A DNA stretch of 64,000 bases from Octopus vulgaris (taxonomy: Eukaryota): NCBI GenBank assembly GCA_951406725.2, contig OX597820.1, positions 107,508,001-107,572,000 on the forward strand. The letters run 5' to 3'. The notes below the pieces were generated by a model that saw only the letters and a list, made by a program, of their open reading frames with translations, was not told the DNA's origin and ran no database searches. This document shows positions 26,170-39,058 of this stretch, piece by piece. The translations under genes and the position numbers were made by a program. Positions within the stretch are counted from its first letter, which is position 1; each line of letters starts with the position of its first letter.

Positions 26170-26880
26170 TTTCGTATGCGACAGATGAACAGGGTCAATA
26201 GACACCATAGATATTCAGAAAACAGATTCCATCACACTCGAGGGGGAGAAACTAGAAGTAGTTGATATTTTCCACTACCTGGGTGACCAAGTTAGTAGTG
26301 GGGGTGGATGCTCTGAGAGTGTTACCACCAGAATAAGAATAGCCTGGGTAAAGTTTAGAAAGCTTCTACCCCTACTGGTGACAAAGGGTCTCTCACTCAG
26401 AGTGAAAGGTAGATTGTATGATGCATGTGTGCGAACTACCATGCTTCACGGTAGGGTTAGGGTTAGGGTGGTACAGATCAAGCAGGGCCATCTACCTGAA
26501 GGGATTTGTGGTTTGCCTGCCTTCCTATTAGGACCTTGGTTTTAGCTAGGTTGATTCTAAGGCTACTCGATTCTAATCCATGTTTCCACACCTGAAACTT
26601 GTCCTCTAGTTCTGATAGTGACTCAGCAATTAGAGCAAGGTCGTCAGCATAGAGGAGCTCCCAGGGGCATCCTGACTTGAATTCCTCTGTCATTGCCTGG
26701 AGGACTATGATAAATAGAAGGGGGCTGAGGACTGAACCTTGGTGGACCCCTACCTCTACCTTGAATTCTTTGCTGTGCTCGTTGCCAACCCTCATCTTAC
26801 TGACAGCATCCCTGTACATGGCTTGCACATCTCTCACTAACCGTTCATCTATCCCTAGTTTCCTCATTGACCACCAGGTC
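26170..26880. mobile_element. Rearranged RTE LINE: + piece (26170-26455) joined to a - piece (26475-26880)
   Basis: The + piece reads YLGDQVSSGGGC..RVKGRLYDACVR. The - ORF 26478-26903 reads VHQGSVLSPLLF..YADD. Confidence 0.85.
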
Positions 26881-27230
26881 AGGAGTGTACTGCAAACTGA
26901 CAAATTTAGACGAGAGCATCTTCTGGATATGTATTCCTTTGGTGGAGGTATATAAAAAAAATCGAGTAGGGGAATCTGAGTGTGTGCGCTAGTTTATATA
27001 GGGTGGTGGTGGTGATGGTGGAAGAAGTCTTGGTGAAGCGAGTGGTAATTGACAGAGAGAGACAGACAGACAGACAGACAGATAGAGAGAGAGAGGGGCT
27101 AGTGATCAGGACACGAGGAAGAAAAATATTCTTTTGGGATTTGTGTAGCATAATGACAAAACTTCTTATCTGAGCATCTTCTGGGATTCGTATTCTTCGG
27201 CAGAGATGTGTACATATGTGTGTGTATATA

Positions 27231-27272
<42 letters not shown>

Positions 27273-27311
27273 GGTAGGCAGGCAGGTAGCTAGGTAGCTA
27301 GGTAGGTAGAG

Positions 27312-27352
<41 letters not shown>

Positions 27353-27569
27353 TAGATAGATAGATAGATAGATATAAATTTATTACACACACACACATAG
27401 TATAAAAGGGTTAAATTATTCTGGTGGACGCTGTATTATCTCACAAATTGGTATAGATGCCAGCTATCCACAATGGTCCAATTATATCATACTCAAGCTA
27501 AAAGAGATACTGGTACTGGTAAGCTTTACTTGGGTAGTTCCGTGTTCCTCTTCAGAACTGAAAATATTC

Positions 27570-28380
27570 TGGTTCTATATTTAAGAGATGAGGAATTATG
27601 TACATTATTTACATTATGAAGAAGAGAGAGGATGAAACCAATAAACTGTCCACGGTCTGTCTACCCTATGTGAAAGGTCTCTCCGGAAAGATTCAAAAGA
27701 TATACGGCCCATATGACATCAGGACAGTATTCAAAAGTAATACAACACTTTGCAAATATCTCCTTCGAGTAAAACCACCAATAGAAGAGAATATGACCAA
27801 AGACTGCATGTACTCCATCCCATGCAACTGTAGTAGGTTATACCAAGGCGAAACATGCCGCCCCCTCAAAATAAGGGTAGAGGAACATCGCAAAGCTGTG
27901 ACATGAGGAGATATTGATAAATCAGGTATAGCTGATCACGTATGGAAAAATGGAGACCACTTCCCCCTGTGGGATGAAGTTAAAATAATAGACAGAGAAC
28001 ACCACTGGAAAATATGGAAACTAAAAGAAGCAGTACATATGCTAGGACACAACAACCTCCTAAGCAGACTGAGTGCAGATATGAGCAGCATATGGGTACT
28101 GGTATTAAGGAAGGATAGGAAAAGATTAGATTTATAAGCCCTACAATTCACTCCATAATTGTCCATGGGCATATGGCATAGTGGTTAAGAGCGCGGGCTA
28201 CTAACCCCAAAATTCCGAGTTTGAAACAACAACAACACCTTAGGAATGAGAACCGAGGTTCGAAATTTCCCCAAGACATCTGATGAAAGCTGGAGGGTAT
28301 ATCAGCTGAAATGTTGTGTTAACAACAAACAAGATGAGGACAAATATTCGTCAATTGTAAATAATGTAAATAATGTGAAA
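27570..28380 (+). mobile_element. Penelope-like element 3' part: GIY-YIG endonuclease pseudogene plus pseudo-LTR
   Basis: LPYVKGLS..MYSIPC.C..LYQGET.RPL..R..EH..SGIADH..W..VKII..E..KLKEA with one internal stop. Hammerhead motif downstream. Confidence 0.88.
28275..28320 (+). ncRNA. Minimal type-I hammerhead ribozyme motif in the PLE pseudo-LTR
   Basis: GACAU-CUGAUGA-A-AGCUG(loop)CAGCU-GAAA-UG-UU^GUGUU. Canonical core; stem III looks like a CpG-decayed ACGU palindrome. Confidence 0.7.
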
Positions 28381-28384
28381 ATAT

Positions 28385-29200
28385 TCTGTAGAGTATACAA
28401 TTGATAATGAAAGGAGAGTGGACATTTATTCACATCCAAAACTGTTTCATTAAAAAGTTTTCTACAGCATAAATAACACCGACCTACATATATTTTAGAA
28501 ATATAGGACTTTCTATATCAATAGAAGAGGAGCGTAACTCAGTTAACTTTCTTGACGTTAATTTAGATTTATGCACAGGCATTTACAGGCTGTATCAGAA
28601 GCTTAATACAAACCTTAGATACATTCATAAAAATGGCAATCACTCAAATTGTAGAACGTGATCTTTAGTAGAAAATATATCAGTCTGCATTGCTAACCTC
28701 TTTTAAACTAAATGAGGACTTTTATAATTTAGCATTAGAGAAGGCAGAATTTAGAGAAAAATTTAAATTCTTTAATGGTAGTAATAATTGAAATAATAAA
28801 CATAGTGGGATACACCATCCTAAAATTGATCAAAACAGAAAGCATAAAATAAGGAACACCACTAACCACCAAGAATGGACAGTGGGAAGAGTTTAAAATA
28901 GGAAGTCTGTGCAATTAAAATACAACTATGGCAACAGTCCGGATACTTATTGATCAGACCACACATATATACATACATACATATGCAAGCAACATACACA
29001 TGCAGTGGTATGTACACAACGAAATTGCAAATAAATTGCACTTCATATTCTCATATTCAATGCTCCAATGAAGCTATAAGGTGTTATTCAGATACTCGGT
29101 TATGAGTCCACTACATCATATAGCAGAAACAGCTGTAAGCTAACAAAGTATGTAAGATACTTCCTTATTCCTTTGTGATCTCATTTTCTTATTACTGCTC
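28385..29200 (+). mobile_element. Second degenerate Penelope-like remnant (RT thumb plus pLTR)
   Basis: Reads SVNFLDVNLDL..YRLYQK..LRYIH..NH. Degenerate hammerhead at 29062-29140. Confidence 0.55.
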
Positions 29201-29218
29201 TATACTCATCTAACATAT

Positions 29219-31044
29219 TGTAGTGTGTGCGCAATTCGAATATACAGGCACCTACCTTCTCTTCGCTCCAATGGAGACCCTTCAGTGGTATCGGATCCTT
29301 CGACACAGCCCCGACCCGAACGCTAAAGATAGCAGCTGCTTCACCCAACCTTAGCAACGTCCTCCCCCGTCTTCACACGTCAACGACCCTGGTTCGAAAG
29401 GCTGAAATCGACGACATTTTGGTGGACGAAATTTTCGTCCACCAAAATGTCGATCCACCTCTCCACCTCGTCTTCAAACTCAACCCTGGCGTGGCCTTTC
29501 AGGGTATGCTGGTAACAGCTCACTCTGTTTTTCAGCATCGGGGGCTCGTCCTTCCATCGCCACTCTATCGTCCACCGCTGACCATCGAACGCCGCCTGAA
29601 AGTCTTTGTCCTCGATGGTGTAAGCAGCGCAGTCTCTCTGCTCTCTCTGGCGATCCTGACTCGCAGTGCACGACGCCCCCACGCTTCCGAAGGTGACCTC
29701 ATTTCCCACAACACCGAGGCCACCAAGGCTGTTGATGGTGTCCATCTCCATCACCACATCAACCCCATCTATCACGCGTTCAGCCACAATTACCTGCAGC
29801 CTTAGCGTCGCGCACCACTATCTCTACCTCGCTGCTGCCTCTGCAATGGATTTCGCTGCTGTCGACTGGCCAGACGCTACTTGCCCCGTTCCATTCCTTC
29901 GTCACCCTTGTAGTCACAAGGGTGGTCGTACAGCCCGTATCCACGAGGGCCTTGAACGTCTTCCCCTCGGCCTCCACGTCAATTAATGGCAGCGTCTCCA
30001 ATAGCGCTTCTACTCGTTTGCGGGGAAAGTTCGAGAGGCAGCAACTTTCCCGCGGTCAATTCCCTGGTTGTAATCACGGGCAATGTGCCCTGTCTGCCTG
30101 CATCGATAGCAAACGGGCTCCGGTTGCATACATTCCCGCACCATGAGCGACCCCTGGCATCTAAAACACTGACCTGAGAATGGCCACTTCTGTATATCTT
30201 TCTCAGGTCGTCATCCGTCTTTACGCACCTCTGTCACTGCCATCGCTATCGCCTTCCACCCAGAGTGTCACGTCAACATACGGGCTTGAGTCACAAGTTC
30301 GCTCAGCGCCATCTTTTTAATCCTGTGTAATCATTGTAGGTGAATCCCTACATCGTCGGGGAACCCATTTACAAACGCCAGCCGCGCTGCTCTTTCCAGC
30401 CCTTCTCCCGTAAACCCAGCCAGCGTCGCTAACCTTCTAACTTCTGCCGCGTACTCGTCCACCGAATCGTACTCAGCTTAGCAAAAGCTGTGTTTTCACA
30501 TTCTGTGTAGGCATCCCGCAATCGTTGCTCTATCTTTTCCTTGCTCAGGCGTTCCTCCTCCTCCATCTCAAGGTATAGCATTAATGCGCTCCTTTCCAAA
30601 TACAGCGCCATAAGACTTGCCACATCGCTTATACCTTGCAGCCTTGCCACCAGCCTGATTTTATGAATCCAGGCCACTACATCGCCTTCACAATCAGGAT
30701 TGTCGCTGGCAATCCTGATTTTCGCAGACATTGTGGTGCTGACTTATGTGGAGTGCTGAAATAGCTTGTGGTGTATGCGAGAGATTCGAAATAAAGGCAC
30801 CTACCTTCTCTTCGCTCCAATGGAGACCCTTCAGTAGTAATAGATCCTTCGACACAGCCCCAACCCGAACGCTAGAGATAGCAGCTGCTTCACCCAACCT
30901 TAGCAACGTCTTCCCCCGTCTTCACACGTCAACGACCCTGGTTCGAAAGGCCGAAATCGCCGCTCCCTGCGCGCGCCTCACGGCTGCCCCTTCCGGTTGC
31001 CCCAACTTCCAGTCAGCGCACCCAGCTGCTGACGTCATACCACA
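29219..31044 (-). mobile_element. Internally deleted Ty3/Gypsy LTR retrotransposon (gag, protease, start of pol)
   Basis: 5' LTR 30767-31044 (TG..CA), partial 3' LTR 29219-29410, target duplication CATAT on both sides. Gag reads VVAWIHKIRLVARLQ; protease reads ALVDTGC. Confidence 0.9.
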
Positions 31045-31149
31045 CATATTTATATAAGTAATAAATTTGTTGCAGTCTAATGACTGAAACAAGTAAAAGA
31101 TAAAAGATTTTTTAAAATATTACAATCATTATTGTAACTAGCATAATTA

Positions 31150-32100
31150 CTATAGATAGTGAGTTGTGTTTATTTAAATTGTTTAAACATATATTTTCTC
31201 CAGTGCAGACATCTTCGAACCTGTTCCTGTCTTGTGTTTATAAGAGTAAATTTAGAAGTGAAAATTTGGTACATTTCTTCCACGCAAGAGTCACATCTAT
31301 TATCACCTATTCTATAAGGTTTTGCCTTACTAATTATTTCCCAAGCAATCGAATATACTTTGTTACTATCTTTTAGTGTCCAAATTAGTTTAGTAAGGCT
31401 AGAATTATTCATTTTGTTTCTATACCCAAACGAATTTAAATGACTGGAATTTCTTTGCTCCTATATAGAAGTAATCCCTATCCTCTGTATACAATATTTT
31501 TATACCTACAATTAGAGTTGAGCAAACAGACCCTGTTCCTTGCACAATCACATTTGATAGTTCTACTACTTCCATCAATAGCTTCTATTTCAGCTTCACT
31601 TGAGGTGATTTCTAAATTCTCCTGTCTATCTTCTAAGCTTATTACTCTTTTCCACATAGACATTCTGAGTACTGAACATTTTTGGATCCCACATCTTGCA
31701 CTTCCAGGCTAATGCAGGAGTTTGTTTGGGTAATTTCTATTTTATTGGTTGTCAACCCATAGTTCCTATCCTGATACCTTGTTGGGTTACTTATGGTTTG
31801 TTTACTCGTGTTGACATTTTGTTGCTATTCATTGATCTTTAATTATTATTCTGGTTACTATTGTTGTTATTGTTATGAAAACTATTTTATCTATAGCATT
31901 GTTTGCTGCTAAAATTTGAGCTAGATTTTTGCTATTACAAAAGGCTAGTCTAATTCTATGTTTATTAAATATTATTTAGGATTTACTGTCTTTTGGAAAA
32001 TGTTTAGCTAATGTCAAATAGAACAATTTTGGTATACTGGAAATTATGTTTTCTGAAGGGCAACATACACCACTCAATATTGCTAGTAATATGTTTTTGA
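31150..32100 (-). mobile_element. Penelope-like GIY-YIG remnant
   Basis: CDC..RVCLLNSNC..KNIVY and W.II.KA.PY..G..RCD.C.EE motifs. Confidence 0.7.
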
Positions 32101-33199
32101 GGCATGTATTTCTTTTTCTACCTAAGCTTTTTGTAAAAATGTGTAACCTATTTATCTGGTTTTTATTTCAGCATTGGGCTTGTTTTCTATAATATTTGTC
32201 AGTTATTTATACAGTACTATTGGCAGAGCTTATGTATTGGTTACCTCCCCTATCTGAATGGGACCTCTTAATAAGTCCATTCTTATCTAAGTCACTTAGC
32301 ACTCTATTTGGCACAAATTCATGTAAATTTGTACTCTGCTTCTCAGTTCTAAGTACTCTATTGTATTTTAATAGCATGGATTTTCTATTTTAAACTCTTC
32401 CCACTGTCCATTCTTTATGGTTAATGGTGTTCTTTATTTTATGCATTCTGTTTTGATTATTGTTAGCCTGGTCCATCCCACTATGTTTATTATTTCTATT
32501 ATTACTATAATTTTATTGCTTTCCACTTGTCCCCGACCTGTTTGTTCTACCCACATGCCCTGTCTCACTCACTCTATTATTGCTATCTGCTAGCTCCTGA
32601 GCTGGGTGTTCCCCCCACATGTAATAAGAAAACTTTTCCCTCACCCTGCCCCAACAAACCAATCTACATCTTTCTCACATTTCCTCCTTCGTACACAATC
32701 CTATCCTCACACCCCTGTTCCTCTGTATCATTGCTATTCAGTAGCCCCTCCAACTCTATATATACCCAGGCCTTTTGCCACTTACTCGCACTCTTTAATC
32801 ACACTCCCTTCGCAATATCAGGCCACTTATATTTGAACCTCCAAGGTATGCCCCAGCACTTGCCACCATCTATATCTCTCTCTTCCTTTACTCAACCATC
32901 TTATTTATATTCTGATCCCTGCTCCTTGTGAGTACGCCCGGCATTTTGCCACCATCTCTATCCTGCTGCCTCCCACTCTCTCCTCCTACACTTCCCTCAG
33001 GTTGGAAAACTGTGTATTTTCTTTGGAGTAACACACCTGTTTCTGTCTTCCTTCCGCATCTTTTTCTCTCCAGGCGGGTACTCTTGTACTTCCTCTATAG
33101 CAAAACACCTGCATCTGCCACTATAACCTTTACATTATCACCTCCTCCACTGCATCCTCTTAAAAATTTTTTTTTTAAATGTCTTGCAAGTACTTTGTG

Positions 33200-33840
33200 A
33201 TCCTGTCAGTGCAGGTACCACTTATAAGCACCCAGTCCACACTGTAATGTAGAACCCAGCTACAAAAACCTTGCCAAAACTGACCTTACCTGTGCTTGTG
33301 CCACATAAAAAGCACTACTCGCCTCGTCTGTACTTATGCCATGTAAAAAGCACTAAGTCTACTCTGCTGAGTGGTTGGTGTTAGGAAGGGCATTCAGCTG
33401 TAAAAATCCTGCCAATACAATCACAGAAATCTGGTGCAGACTTCAGCCTGGCTGGCTCTTGTGGTACCATCCCATCCATGCTAGCATAGAAGACGAACAT
33501 TAAACGATGATGATGATGATTATAATATATTATACATATATAGATAGATAGGTAGATAGATATCATCATCATTTGACAACTGTTTTCCATGCTGGAATGG
33601 GTTGGCTGGTTTGACCAGAGCTGGCAAGCAGGAAAGCTGCACCAGATTTGACTTGGTTTCTATGGCTGGATGCCCTTCCTAATGCTAGCCACTTTACAGT
33701 GTGTTAGGTGCTGTTTTTACATGGCATCAGCACAGTTACTTTTACATGGCACCAGCACGAGTGCCATTATGTGGTGTTAGTGCAGGAGCTTTTTATATAG
33801 TGAGAGCACAGGTACTTTTACATGGCACCGATACAGGGCT
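33200..33840. mobile_element. Two tail-to-tail RTE-family 3' ends
   Basis: A + copy ends in (GAT)n near 33520; a - copy starts with (CAT)n near 33562. Confidence 0.65.
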
Positions 33841-35541
33841 CTTGAAAGCCAATCCTCTTCAGCAGCAGGAAGCAGCATTAACAGTTCTGTAACTAGGGAC
33901 CAGTCCTCTTCAAAAATGTTAACAGTTTTCAGTTTGTTTCGGAACTGAATTAGCGACAAGCCCTGAAAGATGCTGCATGTGAGTAAATTGCAGCCTTAAG
34001 AATACTATTCAACTACTGCCGTGGTTGATTGATGGAACAAAACATGGCTAATTCTTTAGTCACACCCTTACCATGGTTAGCATTTAAATCTTCAAACACA
34101 GGCTTTACTTTCCTTGGAATTAAATTAAGGCGTATAGCAACAGTTCCTTTCAAGTGTATCACTTATATTTACTATGTTCTCATCCCTTTTGCCTCGATTT
34201 ATAAGGTTTCCTTCTGTTTCCTACATAACATTATGACACTTCAGGCTATGAACATGACCAAAAATAACTATAGATAAGAGCATTAGACTTGTGTCTGTGA
34301 AAGTTCGTAGCATGAATGTATAATGGAATGGAAGGTTTATGATACCTGTGGAGTATCTCCTTCCATTATAATTATTTTTGTAGTTTCAAGGATTTGGAAC
34401 ACGAAGAAGAAGTTCACAAGTGAAGTACAATTCAATAGCCATTTATTTACAGAATTCTCATTCATGTGGTTTGTTCTCACTGACCATCTTTATAGCCACA
34501 CGTGGTTTGTCTTAACTCCGTACACATGAGGTTCATTATCTCTTGAGATAAGCATGTGGAGTCAGAGTGGGACAAGACTCTGCTGTGAGCTGCTGGCTAT
34601 GCCGTGTTTCTTGGCGTAAGTGTGAGAAGAAATGAGAGAGTGAATGTCATTGTTTCTTGCTTAAATACTGGTTGCCGGCAAGAATTTTGTTTTGTTGTCT
34701 TGCGCATGGCAAATGATTGCAGGAGAGATCTCGTTCAAAATGGCACTGGTTTCTTGTGCCTCACTACAAACGCTTTTAACTCGATTAACCCTAGTATTTA
34801 AAAATATACGTATATAGATCACAGTTGGGTCCTAGCTGAGTTATTTTCCTTGAGCTTATATCTGACCGAAGATACTGTGGTCGCCAAAAGATCTAGTCTG
34901 CGATTGAATTTTAGACATCTTCCGTGTTTTGTTCTTGAAAACCTTGATGCAGTGTGAATCATATTTCCTATTGACTTCAATCAAATATGGTGGATAGGTT
35001 TCATGTTAAGCAAAGGTTTCCAAGAACACAAGTTCCATAACACTGGGGTGTGTCTAAAATGCGTATTATTGCAAATTGTACCAGTTTTCTCACAAACATG
35101 CATTAAAAAATGAAAGCTTACAATTTAAAATAGAGACACTTGTGATAGTTAAAGCAAGCTATCCAAAAACGTGAGCATCTTATTGGTATAACATAGTGTT
35201 TTTTTTTATGTAAATTAACAAAGCTCAAGGTTACTATCTTTATGTAGTGGAAATTTCAAAGTAGAGTTCCTCAACTTTAGCAGGGGAGAGTCTACTAATA
35301 GCATCCATGTGCCAGGTGGTTATGTTTGATTGGACAACAGATAAACTTATCCTCCACAAGCAAGAACAGTCTTAGCAATGCAATTTCCATCTACCAAATT
35401 TCTTTTGCAAGGTTTTGGTAAAAGAAATTTGCCCAAGGTACCACCCAATGAGGTTGAACTTGAAACCATTGAGTTACAAAGCAGCAATGCTTCTTAACCA
35501 CACACAGTCCTACCTTCTCTCATAATTATGAACTTAATCTA

Positions 35542-37350
35542 TTAGGTTGGCAACTAAATTCCTGCCGTTTTTTAAAATTTAAATTTATAAAAAAGCTTAA
35601 TAAAAAATAACAACTAATTAATCAATAATGTATTCACCCTTGTTAACAATTTCTTCCCAACGTTCAACAAGATTTTCAATACCTCGTTGGTAGAAATCAC
35701 CTGATTTCGACTCGAAAAATTTATCCAAGCTCTCAATTCTGCATTACTGTTGAATGAAACTCTGCGCATAGCATTTGAAATAGATTGAAAGAGTTGGAAA
35801 TCTGGGATCTTTACCTTTTGACTGGCAGATTTAGAAAATAATTTTTTGTAACTAAACACTTTCAAACTCCGTATTCTGGTAGAATGTCTCATATAAGACA
35901 TCTTTTACTCTTAGCATTTTCGTGAAAAGTTTATATTTATGAAGTTATTTTGTGTTAAAGTTGTCTTATTTCAGTAATTTCAACCAATCAATGACATGTA
36001 TTCAGCTGAATAAAATTACTGCTGTTGTTTGTCAACAAGAACTTCTGGTGACAAATAACAGTGACAAACGAAATATACACTGCAGATAGTTGTTGCTGAC
36101 AAACAACAGCAGTAATTTTATTCAGCTGAATACAAGTCATTGATTGGTTGAAATTACCGAAATGTGACAACTTTAACACGAAATAACTTCGTAAATATAA
36201 GTTTTTCTCAAAAATGCTAAGAATAAAAGATGTTTTATATGACACATTCTACCAGTGTCCGAAGTTTGAAAGTGTTTAGTTACAAAAAATTAATTTCTCG
36301 ATCTGCTGTTCAAAGGGGAAAGATCCAAAATCCATTGGTGCCAAATCAGGGGAGTACGGCGAGTGTGGCAGCACTTCCCAGCCATGCGTTTGAATGGCAC
36401 CCTTGGTCATATTGGCGATATGAGGGTGGGCATTGTCATGCAGAAGAACTCTATGCTGACGATTAGGTCTTTTCTCTTGAATAGCCGTGTTGAGTCGTTC
36501 CATCTGTTGAACATAGAGTTCCGCATTGACTGTCTGGTTCCATTCAAGCAATTCGTAATGGATAATCCCTTCCTAGTCCCACCATACGCACAACATCATT
36601 TTACACGGATGAAATTCTTGTTTCACGCGTGGTGTCACTTGTTTACCGGGACTAAGCTATTCCTTACGCTGCTTCATATTGATGTACAGGCACCATTTTT
36701 CGTTGCCAGTAACGATTCAGTAAAGAAATCATTGCTTGTATTCATGAGTTGAGCGGTGATGAGCAAGCAAACCAGTGGAGATTGTGGCTCATTGATTTTT
36801 GTTGTTGTCACTTAAAGTATGTGGAACCCATGCTCCATACTTCTGAACCTTTCCCATGAGCGAAGATGTTTCTCTTTAGCAGTGTGAGAGCATTCCATTT
36901 TCTCTGCCAGTTTCCTTGTCATTTGATGAGAATTTTCATGCAAAAGTTTGTTTAATCGCTCTTCATTGAACTCAACTGAACAGCCAGAACAAGGTGTGTC
37001 TCTGAGGTTAAAATTTCCATTTTTGAACTTGGCATACCAATCACGAGTGGTTCTTTCAGCTATGGCATCCTCTCCATACACAGCACAAATGTCGCGAGCA
37101 GCTTTTGCAGCCTTAGAAACTTGGTTAAAAGCAAAAAGAAGGAGGTGTCAAAAATGCTCGTTTTTCTTAACTTGACATGCCATTTTAATGATCTGAAAAT
37201 AAACAAAAATTAACTAAAATTAACTAGAAAAAAAACAAAATAGATTCCAAAATAATTCAAAAATAGAATTCTCGAAAAATATAGATTCCAAAATTTAAAA
37301 ATGCAATAAATTACAAAATTAAAACAGCGGGAACTTAGTTGCCAATCCAA
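35542..37350 (-). mobile_element. Full-length degenerate mariner
   Basis: TIRs ttaggttggcaactaa.ttcc.gc / gcgggaacttagttgccaatccaa, flanked by TA. Transposase motifs HDNAHPH, PYSPDLAP and W..KFKNGNF.L.D. Confidence 0.9.
35803..36327. mobile_element. Palindromic MITE nested in the mariner, apparent 5-bp TSD AAATC
   Basis: About 240-bp imperfect inverted arms. It interrupts the transposase right after YSPDLAP; AAATC at 35798-35802 and 36328-36332. Confidence 0.85.
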
Positions 37351-39058
37351 TACTTTATCATTATGCAAGTTCAATTACTATAGTCATTTACTCTTATTAT
37401 AAGGTTTAGACTTTACACAACAACAAGGATTTCTAACAAAATACATTTCCAGTGCTGTTATGATAATTTTTGAAAATATTAAAGAAATTGAAAATATTTG
37501 TCAAAACAATTAATTTTCCTGTGTTCACAATTGAAGCTGCATTCAATCAACCAGTCACCTATGTATCATACTTTGTATATACACCATTGACAAGTAAGTT
37601 ACCATGGTTCGTGTCTGAGATGAAATATGGAATATGCTGCATTTAAAAACATAGTATATACTCTGACAGTGACCAGCTAAAATGCTAGATGCATTTTGAC
37701 CTTGTAGGGCCTTCTAATGTTCTTGGTAATTGTTGTCAGGATGATTTTTTTCATCTCCCTTCAAAATATATTGTTGTTTTTTTTTTTATCTCAGATGAAA
37801 ACCACAGTAACTTGGCTATCAACATGTATATACATTATATACTGCTTCAATTGAATACAACATATAGGTGTAGGCATGGTTGTGTGGAAAGAAGCTTGGT
37901 GCTCAACCACATGGTTCCATGTTCAGTCCTACTGTGTGGCACCTTGGACAAGTGTCTTCTACTCTAGCCTCTTCCTCTTTTGGCACTGGGACACAAACTG
38001 TGAAGGTGCAACCTGACTGGCTCTCTCTCTCATACCACATGCCAGCTTGCAGATAGGAGCAAAGCACAGAAGACCATGGCCTCTATGCACCAACCATTCC
38101 GTCTATCATTCAGTTGTGTATATACGTGTGGCCACAATAAACACATTTAAAGTTATAACCTTGTTTATATGTTCTTCATTCAGATTTACTACCAAACGAG
38201 ATTATAGCCTTCTGAGTGAGTCACATTAGGTGACTCAACAACAACCTACCCATCTATAGAAAACATAATCTCCTGTATTGATAAAATTATTTATCCCTTG
38301 GGTGTGAAAAATCCTTTGGGTTTTGAAGCTAAGAAACACATAATACCATTTTCAACCTCTTTACAATTAATAGACTATTTTCCATCTAAGTTATATTGCA
38401 ATGATCTGAAAAGTTGATAGTAAGATGGAGCAAGGTCAGGAGAGTAGTTTTGGTTTGAGGATGGATTTTCTTTTTCAATTGGCACTAACCATTGTCATTT
38501 TTACTGGAAATAATTATAAAGAACCAACTTTTCATCACTAGAGACAATTCTACTCAAGAAAGGATAAAAAAATAGAAGTTATTACTTCTATATGTTATTA
38601 TTTGTTACTTCTATTAAAAATTTAAAAAACAACTCAAGATACTTTTTGCACTTCAAAAAAAATTCATTTTTAAAATTATTAACTAATAATTAGAAATTTG
38701 AAAATAGGTTATAAAAAATAATAGTAGTACATAATTAGTTAGTACAATAAATAGAATAATACAAAAATTAGTTATATATTACAGTAAAATCTACCCATAC
38801 CAACAAATTCACAGTAAAATTTGCTTGAGTTATTGCCTAGGTTATTGCCAAATCTTCACATTTTCAGTCTTGACCCAATGCCGATTTTTTACAAAATGAA
38901 TTTGCCTACCATATATACTATTCTACTTTGCATAAAACTTTAGCTATATTGGTACTTCTGGCTCTCATTTTTAAAGTATTCTAGTATGTGTGAATATTTT
39001 AACAAAATGATGCTACCATTTTTAGTTATAATGTTACTTTGTAAATTAAAATCAAATA

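Noticed and set aside
27510-27560. Minus-strand CUGAAGA motif
   Set aside because: GAAA is replaced by GGAA and the stems pair poorly.
28165-28225. tRNA-like sequence with A and B boxes
   Set aside because: Truncated with no acceptor stem; it is a tRNA-derived SINE head inside the PLE tail.
34348-34769. Possible solo LTR (TG...CA)
   Set aside because: No TSD and no second copy in the window.
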